Shown here piece after piece: positions 1-9,433 of a DNA stretch of 64,000 bases. Numbering within the stretch: position 1 is the first letter of the stretch; each line of letters starts with the position of its first letter. A model generated the notes under the pieces. It was not told the origin of the DNA. It did not search any database and was given only the letters and a program-made list of their open reading frames with translations. The translations under genes were made by a program, and so were the position numbers. Source of the stretch: a virus; the IMG/VR virus record IMGVR_UViG_3300023210_000011, positions 1-64,000 of that record; one strand, given 5' to 3'.

Positions 1-141
1 GTAGGCGCATGGAGGGTCCATAGTGCCGAGCTTCTCGCACTGCTTCTTGGTGAAGACCTGGAAGAGCCAGTAGGCTCCCAGGTACTCCTTGACGTAGGGG
101 CCCAGGCGCTTCAGGTCGCCGGGGCGGAGCGGCGCAGTCAT
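1..141 (-). CDS. hypothetical protein, truncated by window edge (MTAPLRPGDLKRLGPYVKEY...)
   Basis: ATG overlaps the stop of the upstream minus-strand gene (ATGA); frame open to position 1. Confidence 0.6.
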   Translation of the reverse strand, partial: MTAPLRPGDLKRLGPYVKEYLGAYWLFQVFTKKQCEKLGTMDPPCAY

Positions 142-641
142 GCAGACTCCTCGGTAGTCTTCATCTCGCGGAGCCAGTCGAGGCGCTTCTCGTAGAACCC
201 GACCTCGTGCTCCCACGAGCGGAATCTGCTGTACTCGACCGACCGGGTTCCCCCACGGGAGGGGTCGTTCTGGATGGCGCGCTGCAGCTTCCTCTCAGCC
301 TCGCGGATCGCGCCCTCGAGCTTCTTCTGGGTCTGCCTGCGGATGTCGTACCCCAGCGCATTGAGGCACATCTCGAGCGCATCGACCTGGTTCCTGGGCT
401 CATTGTGGCGGTACCCACGCCCGAGCCCGAGGACGGTGGCGGTGTTGCCGCCGACCAAGATCACGGCGGTCTGGTCGGCGTGATGCGTCTCGATGACCCC
501 GCTCTGCGAACCGTGGAAGTCCCGAGGGACAGGCCCGCGGGCCTGGCCGCTACCGGCCATCCGGCTCAACTCTCGGACGAAGCCTTCTTCGATCTCTCTC
601 AGCCGGTCATTCAAGACCAGCACAGTCGTGTTGAAGCCCAC
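138..641 (-). CDS. hypothetical protein
   Basis: ORF track 138..734; start refined to GTG at 641 preceded by AAGGAGG. Confidence 0.7.
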   Translation of the reverse strand: MGFNTTVLVLNDRLREIEEGFVRELSRMAGSGQARGPVPRDFHGSQSGVIETHHADQTAVILVGGNTATVLGLGRGYRHNEPRNQVDALEMCLNALGYDIRRQTQKKLEGAIREAERKLQRAIQNDPSRGGTRSVEYSRFRSWEHEVGFYEKRLDWLREMKTTEESA

Positions 642-661
642 CGGGCCTCCTTGTGGCTGCT

Positions 662-1183
662 CTAAACAGCGTAGGGGGTTTCTTTGAGGAATCGGGACGC
701 CCTCTCGAGGACCCCTTCTCGTACATCGCGCCACCCTCTGGACGCCGAATACCGAATCCGGTAGTCAGAGAAATCGTCGTACCTGGAGAAGCGGTCGCTG
801 TCCCAGAAGTCATCGACGAGATTCAGGGCGTCCGCGCATGCCTTCCAGGGCAAGTTCATCTGGATGAGAAGCGCCACGTTCACGGAACACGAAGGGAACT
901 CATTTCCGTCGGCGCGGAGCTCTTGGGCGCCGCCCTGCTCTGTTCCCCAGTTGCGGAGAGCGAGGAACTCTGGGGAGATCTTCCGGGTCACCAAGAAGTG
1001 CCCCACCTCATGCACCACCCACATCTTGGGGCAGGATTCTTCGATGACGAGCTCCTTCCCTGTCCAGTAGGTATCCCCGGGGGAAGACCCGAGCTCTTCG
1101 GGGGTGATGTGCTCTTTGGTTCGCCAGGGGATCCCGAAGTGCTCCAGGAGGCGGAGTGTGGCGGGGCCCCAGAGCCACCGCAT
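662..1183 (-). CDS. hypothetical protein (contains a VHEVGH HExxH-like motif)
   Basis: ORF track; start coupled to the upstream stop; VVHEVGHFL resembles a zincin motif. Confidence 0.7.
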   Translation of the reverse strand: MRWLWGPATLRLLEHFGIPWRTKEHITPEELGSSPGDTYWTGKELVIEESCPKMWVVHEVGHFLVTRKISPEFLALRNWGTEQGGAQELRADGNEFPSCSVNVALLIQMNLPWKACADALNLVDDFWDSDRFSRYDDFSDYRIRYSASRGWRDVREGVLERASRFLKETPYAV

Positions 1184-1434
1184 CAGATCACCTCCTTGAT
1201 GAACACGCCCTGCCAGATCTCACCGCTTGCCTGCCTCGACATGACCGCGAGGCACTCCAGGCAGAGAGACATGCTCCCCGCGTGTCCGTCCTCTCCGGGG
1301 CGCCGCTCCTCTACGATGACGTGCGGCGAAGTTTCGCACCGGACATGCTTCGGCCCAGGACCCATGCTGAGAAAACTGTGCCCTGTCGGAACATCTGCCT
1401 GGCAGCGTGCGCGATCAGGGGGAATCAGTGCCAT
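1183..1434 (-). CDS. hypothetical protein
   Basis: ORF track 1183..1536; start refined to MALIPP, overlapping the upstream gene end. Confidence 0.6.
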   Translation of the reverse strand: MALIPPDRARCQADVPTGHSFLSMGPGPKHVRCETSPHVIVEERRPGEDGHAGSMSLCLECLAVMSRQASGEIWQGVFIKEVI

Positions 1435-1915
1435 TTGGGGTTTCCTTTCTGTAGTTGAGTTTGTACAGGAAGGACTGGCCCACAGGGGAGCCAAGCCATT
1501 GGATTGCGGTTGCCGCAGCCACTCGCGCCTCATCACTCACAGGAGAGACGTACAAATCGTTGGGGTCTTCGGCCATCAGCTTGTCGATGTGGTGGTGTCC
1601 GCGCGCATCTTGGTACTTGGACGTACACTCCGCCCAGGCCTCTGCGAACCTGCGCTCCTCCGCATGGCTTCCCCACCGGTACGTCTTCGCTCCGTACAGA
1701 GTCTCGGCCTCCACCTCCCTGACTCGCAAGAGGGCGTCAACCTCCCGCAAGCGGCTGTGCGCCCAGTAGCGGAGAATCGTGCCTGCTGTGCCCAGCTTGA
1801 ACAGCCAGTGCAGCAGGTTGCTGAGGAGGGATCTGAGCTCTTCCAGGTGCACAGTCTCGATGTATGCCTCGTTGATCAGCCGCTCCAGGTGGCGGTCTAC
1901 ATCTTCTCGGGTCAT
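1415..1915 (-). CDS. hypothetical protein
   Basis: ORF track; first gene downstream of the promoter motif at 1967. Confidence 0.7.
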   Translation of the reverse strand: MTREDVDRHLERLINEAYIETVHLEELRSLLSNLLHWLFKLGTAGTILRYWAHSRLREVDALLRVREVEAETLYGAKTYRWGSHAEERRFAEAWAECTSKYQDARGHHHIDKLMAEDPNDLYVSPVSDEARVAAATAIQWLGSPVGQSFLYKLNYRKETPNGTDSP

Positions 1916-1966
1916 CGGGTCTCCGTGGGATGAATACGAGGAGTATGGGTCTCCTGTACAGATGGC

Positions 1967-1991
1967 TTATGGCGCAGAAAACCTAAAGTTT
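1967..1991 (-). promoter_or_regulatory. phage early-type promoter motif copy
   Basis: plus-strand TTATGG with AAAGTTT about 18 nt away; upstream of a minus-strand gene block. Confidence 0.6.
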
Positions 1992-2052
1992 ACTCGAGGT
2001 GTGTGGGGCCTCAAACGGGGCCCCACAGCACATTACGCGTCTCTGCAAGACG

Positions 2053-2352
2053 CTACTGGTACAGCCTCCGCAGCCCCTCCATGATGAACTCCCGCATACA
2101 GGTCAGCAGGATTCGCCACTTGATCGGGTCGTCATCACCCTCGAAGACGAAGATGAGGACAATGTTGCCCTCCTCCAACTCGTAGTCGGTGGTGAAGATG
2201 AGATCCATCAGACTCACGAGCTCTCCCCCGAGGTTGTTGAGGTCCTGGGGAGCCTGCGGGAAGACACTCCACCCCGGCGCAAGCAGGACATCTACGGAGA
2301 CATCTGCCCCCCGCGCCCGAAGGATGATCTTCGTATTCACGTCCATGTTCAC
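2053..2352 (-). CDS. hypothetical protein
   Basis: ORF track; coupled to upstream gene. Confidence 0.65.
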   Translation of the reverse strand: MNMDVNTKIILRARGADVSVDVLLAPGWSVFPQAPQDLNNLGGELVSLMDLIFTTDYELEEGNIVLIFVFEGDDDPIKWRILLTCMREFIMEGLRRLYQ

Positions 2353-3008
2353 TCCTTTTCTGTGGAATCGCGAGGGGTGCCCTCGTGCTTTTCGAAGTCT
2401 CTGGCACGTCTGTAGGCTTCCTCCTGCGCAGAGCCGTCATCCACACCCCAGAAGGTGGAATGCACTACCGCCCCGTCCGTGTCTCGCGTGAGCACGACAC
2501 GGAACCGGGTCTTGTCTTTGTTGAACTCGGTGGTCTGCGTCCAGGCCATGTGTTTGGGCCAGCGGGGGAGCGCAGGATCGCCGGTCATCCGGCGGCGCCA
2601 GTACATGCTGTTGACCGGCGCGGAAGAGCAGTCCGACGGTTGGATCTCTCTCCCCAGGCGCACTCCCATACATCTCGGGCACGCATGCCCGTTCTTGGGG
2701 TAGAGCCGCTCCCACAGGGCATCCTTCAGCATCACCATGTCGAAGTCCTCTCGATGGCAATCCTGGCAGAAGTACCGGTGGGTGTAGAACCACTTGTTGT
2801 TGGCCTTCACTCTCCGCTCGAGCTCCCCCGGCATCACAACTTCCCAGGGGGCAGCATTCAAGGTCTCCAGCACCCCAGGCTCATCCATCTCCAGGGCCGC
2901 GTACTCCTGGGATCCATAGTAGTAGTCGGACGACAGGTGGGTCCGATCGTCAGCACGGACGTAGATCGGCCCGGTCACCTCGGTGAGCAGCGCCTCGGGA
3001 AGGCTCAT
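2349..3008 (-). CDS. hypothetical protein with CxxC pairs
   Basis: ORF track; FCQDC and CPRC motifs; ATGA coupling. Confidence 0.7.
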   Translation of the reverse strand: MSLPEALLTEVTGPIYVRADDRTHLSSDYYYGSQEYAALEMDEPGVLETLNAAPWEVVMPGELERRVKANNKWFYTHRYFCQDCHREDFDMVMLKDALWERLYPKNGHACPRCMGVRLGREIQPSDCSSAPVNSMYWRRRMTGDPALPRWPKHMAWTQTTEFNKDKTRFRVVLTRDTDGAVVHSTFWGVDDGSAQEEAYRRARDFEKHEGTPRDSTEKE

Positions 3009-3358
3009 GGCCCTCTCCGACTCTCTGCGTAGTCCTTGCAGAGTGACTGGAACTTGGGGTCGCCTTCGATCTCAATACCCATCGCCTTGGCGCGGGCCAA
3101 GACTGCCTCGGGTCCGTGAGGAAACACGGACCCGATCAGCTTCTCCCGCACCGACGACTTCAGGTACCGGCTGCCGTCTCCCGACTCATTGGCCCGGTCG
3201 AAGGTGGCATTCATGTCCCTTCGCCACTCCTTGAGCATCTGCGCTTCGAGGTCGGCCAGCAGTTCCTCGCGCGTGTAGTTGTAGTGAGTGAAGCTGTCGA
3301 CGATGGAGCTCCAGCGGCAGAACTTGCCGTTGGGCTGCTTCATGATTCGGGATCCCAT
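3005..3358 (-). CDS. hypothetical phage protein
   Basis: ORF track; coupled starts and stops. Confidence 0.7.
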   Translation of the reverse strand: MGSRIMKQPNGKFCRWSSIVDSFTHYNYTREELLADLEAQMLKEWRRDMNATFDRANESGDGSRYLKSSVREKLIGSVFPHGPEAVLARAKAMGIEIEGDPKFQSLCKDYAESRRGP

Positions 3359-3813
3359 CAGTTCATCCCCTCCCGGCCGCTCAGGTTGTGGAAGCGGCCA
3401 CTCACCGCACTTCCTTCCTGGATCTCGACTTCTCCGAGGGTCTTGGGTCCCAGGATCTGCCGGGTCATCATGAGGTTCACACCCTCCCCGGAAGCGGTGA
3501 TCATGATGATCTCCATCCTCGCCGGGTCTTTACTGGGTGCCCCAGAGAGTGGGTTCATGCTCAACCAGGCCTCAGAGACCATGAAGACGCACTTGGCGCC
3601 CTTCTCCTCTGCGATCGACTGGACGATCGCCGCCAGGTGGTCCTTGTTCGCCGCAGGGAACACGGCGCCAGGGACCAGCTGCACCGTGTTGTCGATGAGG
3701 AAGCCGAACATCTGCTGGACCTCCTCTCCCTGCTCCTCACGAAAGCTCGAGGCGACGTCCATCAGGTCGTATGCGATGTTCTTCGCCCTGTCAGAGAGGC
3801 TCTGTTCTACCAT
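3358..3813 (-). CDS. hypothetical protein
   Basis: ORF track; GGAGG upstream; promoter motif at 3858. Confidence 0.7.
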   Translation of the reverse strand: MVEQSLSDRAKNIAYDLMDVASSFREEQGEEVQQMFGFLIDNTVQLVPGAVFPAANKDHLAAIVQSIAEEKGAKCVFMVSEAWLSMNPLSGAPSKDPARMEIIMITASGEGVNLMMTRQILGPKTLGEVEIQEGSAVSGRFHNLSGREGMN

Positions 3814-3857
3814 TTTGCACCTCCGGGCCGGCTACGGATGTCCGACCTCTGAGGGCT

Positions 3858-3883
3858 TTATGGCCTCATTAGGACTAAGATTT
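3858..3883 (-). promoter_or_regulatory. phage early-type promoter motif copy
   Basis: TTATGG with AAGATTT 19 nt away. Confidence 0.6.
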
Positions 3884-3891
3884 TGCCGCGA

Positions 3892-3919
3892 GGATGCGGG
3901 CCCCGAAGGGCCCGCATCC
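3892..3919 (-). terminator. cUUCGg hairpin, probable terminator or processing stem
   Basis: perfect 12-bp stem with TTCG loop on the minus strand, directly after the stop at 3920. Confidence 0.7.
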
Positions 3920-4522
3920 TCAATCCGCCATGTACAGACCACCGGGGTTGTGGTCCGTCAGCATCCCTACGATGTCGATGGGAATCGTTCCACGAATGCG
4001 CTCATCTCGGTAGCAGGCGTCGATGAGCTCTCTCAAGATGGGCGGGTTCGCCATCGGGCACTGGGAGAAGAACCTCATCCACCATCCGTAGCTCAGGGGC
4101 CCACCCACCTGGGCCTTCAGGAACGCCAGGAAGGCGGTCGCCCCGCCAGTGATCGGCTCTCGCGGGATCAGCTCATCGCCGCCGACAGACTGCGGACAGC
4201 TGAAGTCCCACAAGTCTCCCGCACCCTTCGGGGTGTGCCAAGGAGTCCCGCCGGCAGTGTTGAAGTACAGACCTTCGACATCATCTCGGTAGGTCCACAG
4301 TGTCGGATCGAGGATCGGCACCTTCTTCTCGAACATGGAACCCGGACGCCCAGAGAGGACGACCCAGCTGTGCTGACTGCCCACTCCCGAGCACATCCCT
4401 CTCGCGACCCGAGAAGGGCCATACAGCTTCTTCTGCGCGATGGCCAGGCTCACCTCGTGGCACTTGCCATGCCATGTGGCCAGGGGGATTCCGATGGCCG
4501 CGGCCACCTCTTCTTGGTTCAT
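3920..4522 (-). CDS. hypothetical protein
   Basis: ORF track 3920..4618; start refined to MNQEEVAA with AAAGGAAAAGG upstream. Confidence 0.7.
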   Translation of the reverse strand: MNQEEVAAAIGIPLATWHGKCHEVSLAIAQKKLYGPSRVARGMCSGVGSQHSWVVLSGRPGSMFEKKVPILDPTLWTYRDDVEGLYFNTAGGTPWHTPKGAGDLWDFSCPQSVGGDELIPREPITGGATAFLAFLKAQVGGPLSYGWWMRFFSQCPMANPPILRELIDACYRDERIRGTIPIDIVGMLTDHNPGGLYMAD

Positions 4523-4923
4523 GCCTTTTCCTTTGGGGCCCAGTCGATGTCGAGCTCTCGCGCCCTCTCTACGAGGCGCTCCTTCCAGTGAACCGGAGAG
4601 AAGGAGTCGTGCAGCCACTGGAGCCAGCTCAGGAGGTCGACGAGGTCGTGTCTGTCGATCTCCGCATCGGGGAGGCCCTGACTCTTCTGGATTGCACGCA
4701 GAACCTCGGACTCTACGGAGGCTTGTCCCTCGAGGTCCTCAGTGTAGAACTCACTGGTGATCAGACAGCCCAGGGCGCACTTCAGTCCTTCTGGGGATCG
4801 GTACCTGCAGGAGGAGGGCGGGGTGAGAGGCGTATCAAGGCCTACGATGGCCTTCTTTCCCTGCTTCATCAGGTGGTCGGCACTCTTGATGAAGATCTTC
4901 TTGACCACGTCAGTCGTCTGCAT
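4519..4923 (-). CDS. hypothetical phage protein
   Basis: ORF track 4519..5043; start refined to MQTTDVVK. Confidence 0.65.
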   Translation of the reverse strand: MQTTDVVKKIFIKSADHLMKQGKKAIVGLDTPLTPPSSCRYRSPEGLKCALGCLITSEFYTEDLEGQASVESEVLRAIQKSQGLPDAEIDRHDLVDLLSWLQWLHDSFSPVHWKERLVERARELDIDWAPKEKA

Positions 4924-5383
4924 TCTTGCTCCACGAATACGTCTGGCGCATCCTGCGTACGTGGGGGGTGTGCTCGTCCAAGGCAGGGATGTCTGCCATC
5001 TTGTCGATCTCCGGACCAAGGACTGAGCGGAGGTACTCCACATGCTCCCGGTTGAAGTCTATGGTCCAGCGCCAGCCTCGCAGGTCTCTGGCCCTTCGGC
5101 GCAGACATCTGCGGCATGTCGTATGTGTGATCTCCCAGGACAGCGGGTGTCGGTTCATCTGTGCCTGATCTGGGACGCAGTCCGGGTAGTAGTGAAGGCG
5201 GCGCGTCGCACGCTCCACCTGGGTCACTCCCTTGTAGATGTCGGACATGTTCTCGCGAAGGCCCAGCCCCTGAAATGTCCCATCGTTCAGTGCCCTCGCC
5301 TCCACGGCATCCAGGACATGCCCTACTCTCGTCTCCCCACTGTAGTGGAACCAGACAGCATCTCCCTCTTTGAACTCAGCCAT
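4910..5383 (-). CDS. hypothetical protein
   Basis: ORF track; AAGGAGG RBS. Confidence 0.7.
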   Translation of the reverse strand: MAEFKEGDAVWFHYSGETRVGHVLDAVEARALNDGTFQGLGLRENMSDIYKGVTQVERATRRLHYYPDCVPDQAQMNRHPLSWEITHTTCRRCLRRRARDLRGWRWTIDFNREHVEYLRSVLGPEIDKMADIPALDEHTPHVRRMRQTYSWSKNADD

Positions 5384-5566
5384 GTGGGGCCTCCTTGTCT
5401 TGTCCAGGCTTGTGGATGTTGCCGACGTGGATGATCCGGGCGGTGCCGTACACCTTCAGAGCCACATCATTCGCACGCTCCCACGTCGTGTAGGAACCCC
5501 ATCGCTGCCAGCTGGGGTTGCGTTCCCATCGCTGACTTCCACCCTCCAGGGGCGCTTCTTCGACAT
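5376..5566 (-). pseudogene. small gene apparently interrupted by a 1-nt deletion (MSKKRPWRVEVSDG // RNPSWQRWGSYTTWERAND...APHG*)
   Basis: 191-nt span; both halves read as plausible protein and are coupled to the flanking genes. Confidence 0.4.
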
Positions 5567-5647
5567 CAGTAGTCGTCCTCTCCGCGTGGGACCGGGAGCG
5601 CCCGGCCGGTGTCGTCGCTCACGAGGATGCGGGGCGCGGTTATGGGG

Positions 5648-6178
5648 TCAGCCATGGGGCGCCTCCGGGTACATCGCAGCGCACAGCCCATCGACCCCGT
5701 AGCCCTCAAACCACGCCGGCCAGCATTCGGGCCCATCGTCGTGCATCTTCACGACCTCATAGGCGGCGGAGATGGTGGCCGACTTCCAGGCCCGCAGTCC
5801 CTCGACCTCGGCGCGCAGGGCGTCGCGCTCCCTCTCGGCCGCCCGCAGCGCATCGGTCCGCCGGGTCAACAGTCGCTCGCGCGCGGCGGCGTTCTTCCGC
5901 TCCCGGGCGCGCTCCGCTCTGGCCAGATCAATGTGCCCCAGGGCGGAGTCCATATTGCTGTGCAGGAACTCGATATTCTCGTGCAGCGCGATGACTGTGC
6001 GGGCGAGGGCGGGGGCGGCGGCGAACAACGCCCCCGCCGCGCGCAAGGCGGCAGCCTCCTCGGGCGAGGTCGTCCACGTCCACTCCTTCAGCGTGAACAG
6101 TGCCGGACCAGACAGCCCCTCGACGGCGTCCAGCAGCGCCCGCGCCTCGGCGGCGGTCACGGCGTCGGCGGCGCTCAC
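5648..6178 (-). CDS. hypothetical coiled-coil protein
   Basis: ORF track; Ala/Arg/Glu-rich heptads; coupled. Confidence 0.7.
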   Translation of the reverse strand: MSAADAVTAAEARALLDAVEGLSGPALFTLKEWTWTTSPEEAAALRAAGALFAAAPALARTVIALHENIEFLHSNMDSALGHIDLARAERARERKNAAARERLLTRRTDALRAAERERDALRAEVEGLRAWKSATISAAYEVVKMHDDGPECWPAWFEGYGVDGLCAAMYPEAPHG

Positions 6179-6474
6179 GAGGTCACATCACCCTCGTCCG
6201 TCTCCGGCTTCCGGGGCTCCAAGAGCCCCACCGCGGCGCCGACCATGAGATCCCGCACCCTCAGGTGCTCGCTGGAGAGGATGAAGTCCCCCACTCTCTT
6301 GTCGGCAGCTACAGTCGTCATGGCGACTTCTTCCTCATCGAGCGACATGAAGTGCGGGCACTCCTTGCCTCCCTCGAAGTGAGCGACACTCTGTCGCTTC
6401 CCCCACTCCGCACGGTAGCGGAAGCACTTGTTCCGCACATCGCACCCGGCGTTCGTACACAGCGTGATGTCCAT
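6175..6474 (-). CDS. small Cys-containing phage protein (MDITLCTNAGCDVRNKCFRY)
   Basis: ORF track; AAGGAGG RBS; promoter motif at 6505. Confidence 0.7.
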   Translation of the reverse strand: MDITLCTNAGCDVRNKCFRYRAEWGKRQSVAHFEGGKECPHFMSLDEEEVAMTTVAADKRVGDFILSSEHLRVRDLMVGAAVGLLEPRKPETDEGDVTS

Positions 6475-6504
6475 GCTCACACCTCCTTAGATTGAGCAGA
6501 GAGC

Positions 6505-6535
6505 TTATGGCGCCTAATGACCTAAATTTCGCACC
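6505..6535 (-). promoter_or_regulatory. phage early-type promoter motif copy with extended AAATTTCGCACC element
   Basis: TTATGG-N13-AAATTTCGCACC. Confidence 0.65.
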
Positions 6536-6804
6536 CTAAGAGAGTGCCACGAGGGGGGGCCCCGAAGGACCCCCACCTCTACTCGCACTCTGCGTACTCA
6601 CGCAGCTCCTCGATCTCTGCCTCGAGCTCGACGATATGAACGACGATGCCCAGATTTTCGCACCTGTTCAGTGATCCTCCATGAAGGTACCAAGTCACTC
6701 CGTACCAGGGGCACACGCCAAGGCCGTGATTTCTCCTCGCAGCTGCTCTCGGAGCCCCTGAAGGTACTTGCACTCAACAGAGAGCTCCTGGGCGTGCGCG
6801 CTCC

Positions 6805-9270
6805 TTACTTCAGAAATCCGAAGTTGTAGACGCCATCCTTGAGCCGTGCGGCCAAGGTCTTGTGCGCTTCCTTGAGCGCATTCCATTCGCTCTCGTACAG
6901 CTCACGCCACAGGTGCTTGAGCTGGTACACGCCTGCATCCCATGCCACCAGGTGGAGCTCGGGATGCTCATCTGCGAACCGCTGACGATCGACCAGACTC
7001 TCTGCCCACAGGTCATCGAGAAGATCGAGCACCTTCTGCGCATCCGGCGAGAGCGTGAGCCCCTCCTTCAGCAGCTGTGCGAAGTACGGGTCGTTCTTGT
7101 GCTCTCGGCAGTCCTTCGAGATCTTCTTCGTGTACGCGCTCTGCTTCAAGAGCTTGTGCGCGTCTTCTCGAGTTCGCCAGAACCAGTGGTTGTGGATCTG
7201 CCAGTCCTCCCCCTTGTACGGCACATCGCGCATGGCCGTGCAGTTGTTCCGCCGTGGGTAGACGAGCGCGTAGACGTGGCAGTCATTCACCCACTGCTCG
7301 TAGCCAGGGGCGCCTCCGGAGGGGGCGAGGTATTCGTCCGCACGATTCACCCATGAGCTCTCAGTCAACAGCCGGGCCCCACAAAGAGACACCGCACGAC
7401 GCCAGTTGCTCGGGGCTATCCGGACCTCCCCATTTGCTCTATTGGAGCAAGGACCTATCCAGTACACGTCAGTATCCGATTTGGTTACTGAGTTGGAGTC
7501 GTTGTGGAGACAGGGGAGCCCACTCGGGTCTGCCTTGCCTGTGCCGCTGTCTCTCACCTTCAGCCCACTGCTCATCTGAGGGGCGTCCACACCCTTGCGC
7601 CCTCTGACGGGCTCGCGGACCCACTTGGAGGCCTCTCGACCGTCACTGTTGTAGACCTGCTTCAGCCCCGTAGGGTGTACGACTCCGTGCTCATCGTCCC
7701 GGGAGTACAACCACATCGGGAGATCTACATCCGTGTGGGTCATGCCGTGACCATCCCACACAGTGAAGCAGACACCCCAGCTCCCCTTCACATCCGCGAA
7801 CTGCGACGCCTGGAACATGAAGCCGCCGTCGTAGTGGTGCGCGCCGTACCACCACTCGCGGAACTTCCGGTATGAGCCGGAACACATGAACTTCGGCATC
7901 GAGAACAGCGCGACCGTGTAGTACTCGAACCCGAACTCCTCTGCGATCTGACGGCACTGGAACATGAACTGGACGTAGAGCTGGCGGGAAGCAAGGCCCA
8001 TCTTCTGGGACTTCATGGCGGCGTTCACTGCCGTCTGGGCCACACCCGTCTTTGCCTTTCCTGACGTACCTGCTGTGCTGTGTTCTGCATACGGCGGGTT
8101 GATGAAGAACACCAGCCGCTTTCCGGCCTTGGCCTTTTCGCGAAGAAGACGATCTACATCAGCAGGCACCTGACTGATGCCGTCGAAGAAGGGACTCTCC
8201 GCACCATCGTTGAGGAAGTCGTACTGGAAGACCGTGCCGCCCCAGCCGAATCGCTGCATCACAGCTACGTCCGTGCGTTCCACCGTCGAAGACAGCAGGC
8301 ACCCCCAGTCCAGGTCGCGCGTGAGGTTGCCGGTCCCGGCAGCGCAGTCCCACACCACGCATTCTTCCTTCCAGTTCGACCCCAGTGACTTTTCGATCTC
8401 CTTCACGGCTTCATTACGCCAGATTTCAGGAGTGTAGAAGGCACCCTGGAAGCGACGTGCCTCATCTTCAATCAGCTCATCTCGACGCGAAAGGAGGAGA
8501 GTGCTCTCCTCCTCAGAGTAGCCAGTCTTGTACGTGTTCCCGAAGAGCGCCAGCTGCATTTCCTTCACCTTGATCTTGCCGAAGCCGTCCACGTAGATCT
8601 GCCCGCCCGTGCGCGGAAGTTCAGAGATTCCCCGCTCGATGATCGCAAAGAACATCATCACGCGCTCGATCGGATTCGCAGGAGGGGAAACGATCACTCC
8701 CTTCTGCTTCCACACCTCGTACACCCGAGACAGGTTCGAGGGGGTGATGCAGATGGCGTAGCTCTGGCCCCCGCTCAGTGCCTCCGCATGACGAAGCACG
8801 TCCTCGAGGTCGAAGCCTTCTCGCACGGGATGGACGAAGTATTCCAGCTGTGCGTCCCTCAACAGCGCAGCCGTCAGCTTCTTGTTCCCTTTCGACGCCG
8901 CCGCTCCCCAGTCAATCCGCATCTTCGTGTGGGGCATCAACACGTCAGACGACACGATGAAGCACTCGTTCTTGTCCGCGACCATCACGACCGTCGGAGG
9001 CGCATGCCCCGCGCCCACGAACGCGCGCAAGTAGAAGACGGCCTGAGCCAAGACCTCACACGCGTCCTTCCGACTGAGCAGGTCCTTGTCCAGCTTCGCT
9101 TCCAGAAGAAGACGAGTCCGCCCCCACTTCGTGAACCCATCCAGCCGCGCCCCGACATCAGGCGTCTCCCATGAGCATCCGCGCAGTCGAGTGACCTCCT
9201 GCCGGTACACTCCCTCCACGAACTTCTCTTCTTGCGCTCGAGCAAGCTCTTCAATGGCTCGCTGCTTCAT
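6805..9270 (-). CDS. type IIG-like restriction endonuclease / N6-adenine methyltransferase fusion
   Basis: N-terminal LDG...LLLEAK followed by AQAVFY (PD-(D/E)xK plus QxxxY); FQGAFYTPEIW; motif I WDCAAGTGNL; motif IV FINPPY; start refined to ATG 9270 after AGGAGG. Confidence 0.8.
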   Translation of the reverse strand: MKQRAIEELARAQEEKFVEGVYRQEVTRLRGCSWETPDVGARLDGFTKWGRTRLLLEAKLDKDLLSRKDACEVLAQAVFYLRAFVGAGHAPPTVVMVADKNECFIVSSDVLMPHTKMRIDWGAAASKGNKKLTAALLRDAQLEYFVHPVREGFDLEDVLRHAEALSGGQSYAICITPSNLSRVYEVWKQKGVIVSPPANPIERVMMFFAIIERGISELPRTGGQIYVDGFGKIKVKEMQLALFGNTYKTGYSEEESTLLLSRRDELIEDEARRFQGAFYTPEIWRNEAVKEIEKSLGSNWKEECVVWDCAAGTGNLTRDLDWGCLLSSTVERTDVAVMQRFGWGGTVFQYDFLNDGAESPFFDGISQVPADVDRLLREKAKAGKRLVFFINPPYAEHSTAGTSGKAKTGVAQTAVNAAMKSQKMGLASRQLYVQFMFQCRQIAEEFGFEYYTVALFSMPKFMCSGSYRKFREWWYGAHHYDGGFMFQASQFADVKGSWGVCFTVWDGHGMTHTDVDLPMWLYSRDDEHGVVHPTGLKQVYNSDGREASKWVREPVRGRKGVDAPQMSSGLKVRDSGTGKADPSGLPCLHNDSNSVTKSDTDVYWIGPCSNRANGEVRIAPSNWRRAVSLCGARLLTESSWVNRADEYLAPSGGAPGYEQWVNDCHVYALVYPRRNNCTAMRDVPYKGEDWQIHNHWFWRTREDAHKLLKQSAYTKKISKDCREHKNDPYFAQLLKEGLTLSPDAQKVLDLLDDLWAESLVDRQRFADEHPELHLVAWDAGVYQLKHLWRELYESEWNALKEAHKTLAARLKDGVYNFGFLK

Positions 9271-9301
9271 CGGGTACCTCCTATGTCTTGTACCACCAGC
9301 C

Positions 9302-9332
9302 TTATCACTCGCGTCAAACAAAATTTCGCACC
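9302..9332 (-). promoter_or_regulatory. promoter motif variant upstream of the R-M gene
   Basis: TTATCAC with AAATTTCGCACC at the same 19-nt spacing as the 6505 copy. Confidence 0.5.
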
Positions 9333-9433
9333 ACCAGAGAACACCCCAAGTACATACACACCCTCCATGTACTCAAGAGACCCCAGTAACCAGAGAGGGT
9401 ATACTCGTGGCACAGAGTAGCGGAGTGGAGATC

